Made by a program: the position numbers and the translations under genes
The notes under the pieces: generated by a model
Databases searched by the model: none
Seen by the model: the letters and a program-made list of their open reading frames with translations, nothing else
Told to the model about the DNA's origin: nothing
Origin: a virus
Lineage: Duplodnaviria; Caudoviricetes
DNA length: 30,587 nucleotides
IMG/VR virus record: IMGVR_UViG_3300012347_000264
Coordinates: 1 to 30,587 of that record
Reading direction: 5' to 3' (one strand)
Part shown: piece by piece, positions 23,832 through 30,587 of the stretch
Position numbering within the stretch: the first letter of the stretch is position 1
Layout: every line of letters begins with the position of its first letter

Positions 23832-23851
23832 TGTTGTATTTTTACAACAAA
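23832..23851. promoter_or_regulatory. Palindromic operator-like site TGTTGTA-N4-TACAACA (copy 2)
   Basis: Identical to 14624-14643. Confidence 0.6.
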
Positions 23852-24075
23852 TTAAAGTATTTTGCAACTAATCCTGCTATGCCTGTGGCTGTCATAACAC
23901 TGTTAACCACAATCAGGCTAGGTTCGCGCCATCTAATGCTAACAATCAGCCACAAAATACCACCAATTGCAAGGATAATTGGTCCTTCAGGATAGTATCC
24001 GAGGCTATTGACTGCTGTGCCCGCAATTAGTATAGCAGTGGCAATCCATTTAAGGTACCAATTTAAATCTCTCAT
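23842..24075 (-). CDS. Small three-TM membrane protein
   Basis: WYLKWIATAILI..YP...W.IVSIRWREPSLIVVN. Confidence 0.75.
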   Translation of the reverse strand: MRDLNWYLKWIATAILIAGTAVNSLGYYPEGPIILAIGGILWLIVSIRWREPSLIVVNSVMTATGIAGLVAKYFNLL

Positions 24076-24332
24076 GCTTTTAAAATATCAAGTAGTTGAT
24101 TGTTTTCGTATGCTTGTCTTGTTGCTTCTTCAATTTTACCCATGTAGGTAGCATAGGCGTATGCCCTTGCCTCTTGGGTTTCTTGGTCAAACTTTTGGCT
24201 GATTGGGAATTCTGCAACAACGGGACGGACATCGAGCTCGTCGTTTGTTTCCGCATCGGTTACAAAATATCGAGTGATGACTTTCTTACCGTTAGTGGTA
24301 TCAGATGTGTGTGCTACTTTCCAAGTTCTCAT
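24072..24332 (-). CDS. Hypothetical protein
   Basis: Start MRTWKVAH at ATGA overlap. Confidence 0.7.
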   Translation of the reverse strand: MRTWKVAHTSDTTNGKKVITRYFVTDAETNDELDVRPVVAEFPISQKFDQETQEARAYAYATYMGKIEEATRQAYENNQLLDILKA

Positions 24333-24622
24333 AACATTAATAATACTGCCGAAATGTCTGCGTGATTGCGAAATCCGATAAAGTATGGGCGATTCCATTC
24401 TTGACTATATCCGTCGGGTGTAGAAGTATACGAACCTTTGCTCCAATGACTTTTCCAAAATCCTTCATTGTACGACCACGACTCTGCGCCGTAGGTATTA
24501 CGCAACTTTGCTTCAAACTCCGAAACTTCTTTGGTGTAGTTGTTGAAACGTATTGCAGTCACGAATCCGTATTCGTGCAGCTTCATCCGACTATGTACTT
24601 TTACAATCTTAAACAGTTCCAT
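24329..24622 (-). CDS. Hypothetical protein, paralog of 24609..24908
   Basis: KIVKVHSRMKLHEYGFVTAIRF...FIGFRNHADISAVLL. Confidence 0.8.
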   Translation of the reverse strand: MELFKIVKVHSRMKLHEYGFVTAIRFNNYTKEVSEFEAKLRNTYGAESWSYNEGFWKSHWSKGSYTSTPDGYSQEWNRPYFIGFRNHADISAVLLML

Positions 24623-24908
24623 GTAAGTTCGCAGATAAAAGAATTAATGATACATCGGCTTCGCTTCTTAACCCAATAAATGTGGGCGGCGCATCTTGCC
24701 AGCGTTTGGCTCTACCGTAATCTCTACACCATTGGTAGTTTGGATTTTCGTGATGCCAACTGAATAAAGCCTCTTGCCCTCTATTTTCATTCAACCATTC
24801 GAGAATTTTGTAATACTCGTTAGGTAACCCACGACACTGCCAACGAAGTGCTACAGGATAGCCATACTGATGCAGTTTCCAGTTCTTGTGGGTTTTTACA
24901 ATCTTCAT
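24609..24908 (-). CDS. Hypothetical protein, paralog of 24329..24622
   Basis: KIVKTHKNWKLHQYGYPVALRW...FIGLRSEADVSLILL. Confidence 0.8.
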   Translation of the reverse strand: MKIVKTHKNWKLHQYGYPVALRWQCRGLPNEYYKILEWLNENRGQEALFSWHHENPNYQWCRDYGRAKRWQDAPPTFIGLRSEADVSLILLSANLHGTV

Positions 24909-24913
24909 ACCAT

Positions 24914-24942
24914 ATTGTATGATATTGCGAATTTACAGTCAA
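24914..24942 (-). promoter_or_regulatory. Sigma70 promoter, leaderless arrangement
   Basis: TTGACT-17-TACAAT, 5 nt before ATG 24908. Confidence 0.7.
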
Positions 24943-24945
24943 GAG

Positions 24946-24964
24946 AAACCCGCCGAAGCGGGGT
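24946..24964 (-). terminator. Probable terminator after the nuclease gene
   Basis: CCCGC-TTCG-GCGGG-TTT. Confidence 0.65.
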
Positions 24965-24977
24965 GTAGTACTAAGGA

Positions 24978-25787
24978 TTATCCCTTACACTTGGCACGTT
25001 TAGCATTGGTTAATGCACCAAAGTTGACTGCCCATTCTGTACCTGGGGTTATTTCCCTTGCGTTTGGCGGAAAAGCAAACTGTACACCTGCTTCACTTTG
25101 AATAGCAGAAATCATTGCACGGAACTTGGTTAAGTCGTTACCCAAGTTAACATAAGGTTTAGTGTGCGGGAATCTCCATCCAGCAACTTCGCCAGTGGCA
25201 TTGTTGATTACAATTTTATAGTAACCATGTGGCACAATGATACCTTTAAACGATTCGTCACCAGCGCCATACATAGCTCCAACGTATATGGTATAGCTTT
25301 GGTTCGTTTGTACTGCCCAACCACGTACCGAAGTTTCCAGTAACTTCCAGATTCCACGGTTTAAGCTGCCATGCTGTGGATACATGTTTGTCATTAAAAA
25401 ACTTTCATACTCTACCATTTGGTTGTACGATAAGTCTCCGTCTGGAGCAGCATGTCCTTTGTCGTAGCCAGTGCCGGCATAGTCATCGGGTCGAGCGCCA
25501 GTGCCATTTAAACTAGCATCTGCCACAAATGCGTTAGTACGTGGCCAGCATCCTAATGCATTTTGTGGTTGCAGGGTGTATGCAACGTATACTGGAATTT
25601 TAACTGGTGCGTCATATGCAACCAGGTAACCTTCGCGGCAAATCGGTGTTGCTACACGGGATGTTTGTGCCCAACCGTATGGGCTATGAACTTGGCATTG
25701 TTCTACTGGTAGTGGGGCCCGTTGGTCCCAAGCGTTTGCAGCAAAAGCAACAGCCACGAGAGCCATTGCTGTTAAAAACTTCTTCAT
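24978..25787 (-). CDS. DNA/RNA non-specific endonuclease (Serratia NucA-like), with signal peptide
   Basis: DYAGTGYDKGH, SFLMTNMYPQ..LNRGIWKLLE, VPHGYYKIV; AGGAG SD before MKKFLTAMALVAVAFAANA. Confidence 0.9.
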   Translation of the reverse strand: MKKFLTAMALVAVAFAANAWDQRAPLPVEQCQVHSPYGWAQTSRVATPICREGYLVAYDAPVKIPVYVAYTLQPQNALGCWPRTNAFVADASLNGTGARPDDYAGTGYDKGHAAPDGDLSYNQMVEYESFLMTNMYPQHGSLNRGIWKLLETSVRGWAVQTNQSYTIYVGAMYGAGDESFKGIIVPHGYYKIVINNATGEVAGWRFPHTKPYVNLGNDLTKFRAMISAIQSEAGVQFAFPPNAREITPGTEWAVNFGALTNAKRAKCKG

Positions 25788-25819
25788 TGAAAATCTCCTG
25801 TTTTCGATTGACAATGTAT

Positions 25820-27655
25820 TTATGCTGCTTTTTCCCATTTTGCAACCATGGCGTTCTTGAGATCCACAGTGCTTAGATTATGTTTACGCATGTATTGGAT
25901 TATACGATCAGCAAGAGCACGGTTAGGTTCGTTTGGCTTACGTGCGTTTGCTAGCTCGATACCGAGTTGGTTATCCTCTAGAGGGTAACGTGTTCCGTAG
26001 TATACAAGATTGTGTCTTAATTCGCTAGCTTCTTGGCTTAATTCACTCTTGTTCTTTTTGTACAGCAACTCTACCCACTGTTCCAGTGGAGTAATACGTC
26101 TACTACTACGAGCCCATCCCTGTTTCATTGGGCCTTTGAATCGTTGTGGCAATTGTGACACTGTGAATCTACGATTAGGGGCTTGCAACAACCAGCTTTG
26201 GGTGTCGGCGTAGAAGTAAACTGGTATGCCCTGGCGCTTGGCCAAAATAGCCATGTTGCGAATCACCGGGCTGCGGTAATCGTCTTGGTCACTTACCAGC
26301 TGGTGAATCTCTTTGATAAATTCAATTGCTGGTATTTGTGGTGACTTGCTGTAAACGCGGTCTTCGCTTTCGCGTGTACGTTCATTAGAGTTGTCACGGG
26401 TCCACATGCCTTCCCAGTAATCCACTGGCTTTACTTTGTAATTGTGAGCAATCTTAGTTCCGTCTAACACAAACATAACAGCATGGGAACCTGGAGTTCG
26501 TGCGTGATAGTCACCAACCTTGCTGCGTGTGGTACTTAGGTAGTAAGGATAACCCTTAGGAGCAATCTTTGCTTCCGATGGGCTACCAACGCTGCTGGTT
26601 AATTCAAACTTGCCGCTTTGCAATATACGCAATGCAGGACTAGGGCTGGTGTAATGATATAGAACGCTGCTAGCACCTTCGTCTAGAACTTCTGCGTCTT
26701 CATTTGTTGCTTTCTTTTTAAGCACAAACCCATTGGCAAATGGTGCTAGGGTCCACTCATCTGCGTTAACTTCATGCTCAAGGTGACGCCAATTCTTAAG
26801 AAGAACAGTTACCGAATCGCTATATCGATGCGGAGTGTTTTCATCAACATAGATACTAAAGACTGGCAGCACTTCGTCGTAATAGGGATGTTCAATGTAC
26901 ACTGACTTTGATTTGTCCAGTAGGTGCTTTGCACGTACTAGTGCAGATGGGCCTGCTGCAAACATGTCATCTTCTGACTCGTCTAATGCCGCAACGTCAT
27001 CCGGAAGCGGCACGCCACGACGTTTTAATTCCAGTTTAATTAGCGTTGCTTTTCCTTTGTATGCCCCGTACTCCTCATCGCTTAACGCTTGCAAGAGGGC
27101 CACTAGATTGTGTGTGCTAACATGCGATAAGTTTGATTTCTTTTTTGTAGCAAACATGTCATCTTCTGACTCGGCAAAGCGATGCACCGGTCTCAACATA
27201 TAAGCTGACTCGTCTGGCTCGAGTACGTCTAACTTGTATTCGTCATCGCCTACAACAAACTCACCGTAATCCCAACGTGCTAACCAACGCTTGGGTTGTA
27301 AAGGATCTTGCTCAATCTTGTTGATTTTCCAAACATCATTGCGAGAATCTTTAACCCACAGTTCTTTGCCGGCTTGCATCAATGCTGCTAGTTTACGTGC
27401 AGTGACCTTAGGTGCAGCGAACATGTCATCTTCGTCTACTTTTTCTACCTTGGTTAGTTTCTTGTAGTAGTCCGGATCTTCACCTAAGTGGTCTAGAGCA
27501 ATTTCTCTAGCGATAGCTGAATTACTGGTGTGTTCGTGCTCGTGCTTAACCCCGTCAACTAGTTGCTGGTTAACATACTCAATGCTAACACCATGTTTCT
27601 TTGCAACCTGCTCGGCAGACAGTGTCGGTTTATCTAAAAATTCTTTTGCTCTCAT
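25820..27655 (-). CDS. Modular 611-aa protein: DUF5661-like N-terminal domain, EDDMFA-linked modules, possible ART-like C-terminal domain
   Basis: GVKHEHEH..AREIALDHLGEDPDYYKKL; three EDDMFA linkers; LYHYT...YLSTTRS. Confidence 0.6.
   Translation of the reverse strand: MRAKEFLDKPTLSAEQVAKKHGVSIEYVNQQLVDGVKHEHEHTSNSAIAREIALDHLGEDPDYYKKLTKVEKVDEDDMFAAPKVTARKLAALMQAGKELWVKDSRNDVWKINKIEQDPLQPKRWLARWDYGEFVVGDDEYKLDVLEPDESAYMLRPVHRFAESEDDMFATKKKSNLSHVSTHNLVALLQALSDEEYGAYKGKATLIKLELKRRGVPLPDDVAALDESEDDMFAAGPSALVRAKHLLDKSKSVYIEHPYYDEVLPVFSIYVDENTPHRYSDSVTVLLKNWRHLEHEVNADEWTLAPFANGFVLKKKATNEDAEVLDEGASSVLYHYTSPSPALRILQSGKFELTSSVGSPSEAKIAPKGYPYYLSTTRSKVGDYHARTPGSHAVMFVLDGTKIAHNYKVKPVDYWEGMWTRDNSNERTRESEDRVYSKSPQIPAIEFIKEIHQLVSDQDDYRSPVIRNMAILAKRQGIPVYFYADTQSWLLQAPNRRFTVSQLPQRFKGPMKQGWARSSRRITPLEQWVELLYKKNKSELSQEASELRHNLVYYGTRYPLEDNQLGIELANARKPNEPNRALADRIIQYMRKHNLSTVDLKNAMVAKWEKAA
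26958..27433. repeat. Intragenic direct repeats encoding (ES)EDDMFA
   Basis: Exact 24-mer gcaaacatgtcatcttctgactcg at 26958-26981 and 27150-27173; partial copy at 27417-27433. Confidence 0.85.
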
Positions 27656-28320
27656 AAGATTCTTTTGTAATCCAAGAAATGAGAATGTCTATCTTGGAGC
27701 CCACGCATAGCGGGGTTAATTAATTTAGTTACTGCTGCGGTATCAGCAAAGTTATGCACATAAGGTTTGACTCGGGTTTTCCAATACCAAACCGCAATCT
27801 TAGCAGCAACTTTAGGATCTGCTGCTAATTCTGGTTTCTGTTCTAGTGGTAGACCTAGTGCCTGACCTGCCATGCGGTAGTTATCTCGTCCTGTAATTTG
27901 AATAAAGCCACGGCCATGATATCTAATACCGTCTCCCATTTGTTTGTTGCCTAAAATCTTAGCAGTCTTAGGAGCAACCTTTGGATCGTAGCGATTATGG
28001 AAATACTTCTTGCCGCCAATTTCCTTCATGCGGGCAAAGTCTGCACTTTCGTGTCTTGTTTGTGCCATAAACTGTGCTAGCTCTGTGCCTTTTATGCCCG
28101 CTGCTTTTGCTGCACGGTGAAGAGTTTCTTCTGCTGCAATGTGATTGCTTAGTAGGTTAATGCCTTGATCGGCTTTTTGCACTTGTGCAACAGGTTGTTG
28201 CGGCATTACTTTAGCAGTAGCAGGGGGTGTAGTTAGGGCAGCAGCGCCTATAGCAGCACCAGCGGCCCAGTCTTTCCAGCCTTCGTCTACATCTTTTTCA
28301 AACAGTTCATTTAGAAACAT
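27652..28320 (-). CDS. Glycoside hydrolase family 19 (chitinase-like) peptidoglycan hydrolase
   Basis: LAQFMAQTRHES, GDGIRYHGRGFIQITGRDNY, AVWYW, VTKLIN...GLQDR. Confidence 0.9.
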   Translation of the reverse strand: MFLNELFEKDVDEGWKDWAAGAAIGAAALTTPPATAKVMPQQPVAQVQKADQGINLLSNHIAAEETLHRAAKAAGIKGTELAQFMAQTRHESADFARMKEIGGKKYFHNRYDPKVAPKTAKILGNKQMGDGIRYHGRGFIQITGRDNYRMAGQALGLPLEQKPELAADPKVAAKIAVWYWKTRVKPYVHNFADTAAVTKLINPAMRGLQDRHSHFLDYKRIL

Positions 28321-28333
28321 AAAATAACCAATA

Positions 28334-28954
28334 TCAGTTATTTATTGAATCTTGTGTGCCTATAATGTTTGGAGTGTAGTCGTAGTTAACCATGTGCCCA
28401 AAGCTCTGTGCTTTACGCTTTTCACTAGAGTCTGCATTAGGGATAGTACGCAATACTCGGGCACCGTTGCGAATATGGAACTTAGCAACAGGATCACGTT
28501 GGGCCTGTAAAAATTCCATAATGGCTTCCATACTTGGTGGCTCAGGAAAGTGAGCACTAAGGTTTGGAATAGGACTCATAGTCACAAAATTTGTGATTTG
28601 TGGCATGTTGGCCTTGATCCATTGTGCTGCTTCACGGATTAACTTTGCTCCTGCATTTTGTACAGTGCAAGGCTTGTCAGTGCGAAACACACTGTAAAAG
28701 ATTGCATGGTCTGCAAACAAATTAACAGGGCTGCCTAGGTCAAGTATATCCGCAATATCATCAGGTAACCCCTTTGTGAATGCAACGCATAGTACAGCAA
28801 CAGGATTATCGTCTTCAATTAAGAAAAATATGTTGCGATCAAATCGACATCTTCGTTCAAGGTTTCGTTGCTCAGTTAAACTGTGGACTGGATCTTGATC
28901 CACAAAGCGTAGAAAGTGATTAGAAAAATTATTGGCGCGAAGATGTGACAGCAT
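28334..28954 (-). CDS. Malonyl-CoA decarboxylase C-terminal (catalytic) domain-like protein
   Basis: AIFYSV, LIREAA, FVTMSPIP, DPVAKFHIRNGA, QSFGHMVNY.Y. Confidence 0.75.
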   Translation of the reverse strand: MLSHLRANNFSNHFLRFVDQDPVHSLTEQRNLERRCRFDRNIFFLIEDDNPVAVLCVAFTKGLPDDIADILDLGSPVNLFADHAIFYSVFRTDKPCTVQNAGAKLIREAAQWIKANMPQITNFVTMSPIPNLSAHFPEPPSMEAIMEFLQAQRDPVAKFHIRNGARVLRTIPNADSSEKRKAQSFGHMVNYDYTPNIIGTQDSINN

Positions 28955-29002
28955 ATTGAAAACCTTAATATGCGTATTTATTTCTAATCTCGAAAAACGA
29001 AA

Positions 29003-29935
29003 TTATTCAGGAGTGTAGGGGACTAGAGTCGGGATAGAATCCAACCCCTTGGCACGGGCCGCAGTAAATCGGTGATTACCATCTAGCAACCACCCGTTTT
29101 CGTCTGCAACAACTGGTCTACGTTTAATGTCCCGGGCAGAGATGTTGCTGATGTGATCCCAATCAAGATCAATCACTCTGCGGTAAGGATCGTCTTGGTC
29201 ATAAAACTCAGGAGTTTTTAATTCGCCTAGCGGAACATTACGTAACACCCATACCTTGTGCTTGGTAATAGGCTTTTCTAAATGATATTCGTGGTGAATA
29301 CCTTTAACATATTTTAGAACTTGTTTATCTGTGTAGAGTTTGTTGCTAACTGAATCGGTAGTGACGATTGCATCGTCTTCAGTTTCAGGTTCGTCTACGG
29401 GAATTAGTCCATCAAGTGCGTAGCTTAGAGTGCGTAGCACTTGATCCACTTTGCCATCTTCGTACAGAATACCAATACCGCCATTTGCTTCCCACAGCTT
29501 AATGTTAGATGCAAAGTCGTCAATTAGAATGTTAGGAGTTCCGTCTGCTTGTCTAGCAAACTTTTCCTTTTGGTGGTCAAAGATAACGCCTTCGATTGGG
29601 TATTTGCTCATGTAGCGATCGATCCACTGGGACTTTTCTTCGCTGCTTTGCTCTACCCTGCTCATCAGTGGACTAGACAGGATACTAAAATGCCCTGCTA
29701 GCTTTATCACTCCACGTACTAATTTACCCGCGTTAGGTAAAGGTGGTAGTTCTTCAAAAAAGCCCGGTTCTTTTGCAACTTGATCAATGCGATCTTTGAT
29801 CTTACGGGCCTTGCGCCAATGCGGAGCACCTTCTCGTTTGGCTACTTCTCCAAACATGTCCGCGAGTACACCATCCATGTCTAAGTAAACAACTGGACGG
29901 CTTTCATGAGTAGAATCTAATTCAAAACTTTTCAC
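29003..29935 (-). CDS. HAD-family 5'(3')-deoxyribonucleotidase fused to a ParB/Srx-like domain
   Basis: YLDMDGVLAD, ILSS, ILIDD..NIKLWEANGGIGI; C-terminal PVVAD..LLDGNHRFTAA. Confidence 0.8.
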   Translation of the reverse strand: MKSFELDSTHESRPVVYLDMDGVLADMFGEVAKREGAPHWRKARKIKDRIDQVAKEPGFFEELPPLPNAGKLVRGVIKLAGHFSILSSPLMSRVEQSSEEKSQWIDRYMSKYPIEGVIFDHQKEKFARQADGTPNILIDDFASNIKLWEANGGIGILYEDGKVDQVLRTLSYALDGLIPVDEPETEDDAIVTTDSVSNKLYTDKQVLKYVKGIHHEYHLEKPITKHKVWVLRNVPLGELKTPEFYDQDDPYRRVIDLDWDHISNISARDIKRRPVVADENGWLLDGNHRFTAARAKGLDSIPTLVPYTPE

Positions 29936-29942
29936 AGTTTTG

Positions 29943-29950
29943 TATTTATA
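29943..29950 (-). promoter_or_regulatory. T4-type late promoter-like TATAAATA
   Basis: 7 nt before GTG 29935; (A)TAAATA also at 28975, 28339, 25817, 22675, 22260 (minus) and 16877 (plus). Confidence 0.5.
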
Positions 29951-30509
29951 ACGCTAGCGCCTTACGGAAACTTTGAATTGTGTGATTCATTGTAGCGTTC
30001 ATAACATTACGTTGACGCAATACCATTTCGTGCCCAATACTAAAGATATTAGTGGGTGGCAGTGTAACACGGGCATCACTTTCGATCCCGTCACGGCTAA
30101 TTGCTAGCCCGTGTTTTGTCACAAGGTGTTTAATTGGTGCATTGTAGCTTAAGCAATGCATATAAAGGTCTGTGTAGCCTCTATTACGGGACCAAGTCAT
30201 TGCATAGTCCATTAGCCCACTGGCAATGCCCTGTTTGCGATAGCCTTCTGCAACCATAACACCAAACTCAACTTCGTGATCGTTCATGTGTGCAATGTGT
30301 ACAGTGCCAACAATTTCGCCATCAACGTCTTCTGCAACTACAACGTGATGCATATCGGGCTTAGCCACCATGTCATCTACTAGCATGTCAATGCGTTCGT
30401 TGGTAACTGCATGCCCGAAATAAATGCTTAATGAGCCCATTGAGCGTTGTTTCAAGAACACAGCGTACTTGGGCAACTCTTGATCAAAAAGAACTCTGTA
30501 AGTAATCAT
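29946..30509 (-). CDS. GNAT-family acetyltransferase
   Basis: EFGVMVAEGYRKQGIASGLM (acetyl-CoA motif A), CLSYNAPIKHL. Confidence 0.88.
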   Translation of the reverse strand: MITYRVLFDQELPKYAVFLKQRSMGSLSIYFGHAVTNERIDMLVDDMVAKPDMHHVVVAEDVDGEIVGTVHIAHMNDHEVEFGVMVAEGYRKQGIASGLMDYAMTWSRNRGYTDLYMHCLSYNAPIKHLVTKHGLAISRDGIESDARVTLPPTNIFSIGHEMVLRQRNVMNATMNHTIQSFRKALAL

Positions 30510-30510
30510 G

Positions 30511-30587
30511 TTAGTACATCATGTAGCCATTACGCTTGGCCATTTTATAACGATATTCGCCCCATGCCATAAAGAAATCCCATACTG
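30511..30587 (-). CDS. Partial gene (3' end, ...VWDFFMAWGEYRYKMAKRNGYMMY*)
   Basis: Open frame to the window edge, stop 1 nt before the GNAT start. Confidence 0.55.
   Translation of the reverse strand, partial: VWDFFMAWGEYRYKMAKRNGYMMY

Noticed and set aside
180-27710. Plus-strand ORFs in the track other than 16946..17533 (e.g. 180..503, 8557..8907, 13256..14053, 20397..20738, 26895..27203)
   Set aside because: They are antisense shadows of well-supported minus-strand genes, with no recognisable motifs or evident RBS.
2451-28557. Nested minus-strand alternative-frame ORFs (2451..2654, 2693..2881, 13015..13221, 13537..13785, 14283..14480, 22678..22878, 28360..28557)
   Set aside because: They lie within better-supported genes, with no independent coding signal.
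1-30587. Genome-wide TAG reassignment (genetic code 15)
   Set aside because: Long genes are intact under code 11, and TAG appears to terminate 10935..11168 and 18878..19855. Only one credible in-frame TAG was found.

Overview
This window looks like part of a large (jumbo-type, distantly T4-like) tailed-phage genome. Almost all genes are on the minus strand and densely packed. The host is probably a proteobacterium: the window has a Bug/TctC protein, an outer-membrane beta-barrel, a permuted tmRNA and sigma70 promoters. Bases 1-7547 hold a tandem array of at least 31 small (55-145 aa), divergent genes sharing a C-terminal F-x-F-x-x-E-x-D-A-x-x-F-x-L-[RK]-W motif. Their junctions are a recurring DNA word (TTGAGGTGG[GT]CATGA) that encodes L-R-W-x-stop and also supplies the Shine-Dalgarno and start codon of the next gene. 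Two array members carry N-terminal fragments resembling essential phage proteins: the Gol region of the T4-type major capsid protein, and a DnaB/gp41-like Walker A segment. Recognisable genes elsewhere include a metallophosphoesterase, a WYL-like protein, ATP-dependent DNA ligase, a GIY-YIG homing endonuclease, GroES, a radical SAM protein, a Bug/TctC-like protein, a 2OG-Fe(II)-type oxygenase, a non-specific nuclease, a GH19 lysin, a malonyl-CoA-decarboxylase-like protein, a HAD-ParB fusion and a GNAT. The RNA region holds a tRNA whose best fold gives a CTA (amber) anticodon, a nearby gene with an in-frame TAG at codon 3, a two-piece (circularly permuted) tmRNA and ~480 nt of unexplained structured RNA. 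All family calls are by eye from motifs; no searches were run.
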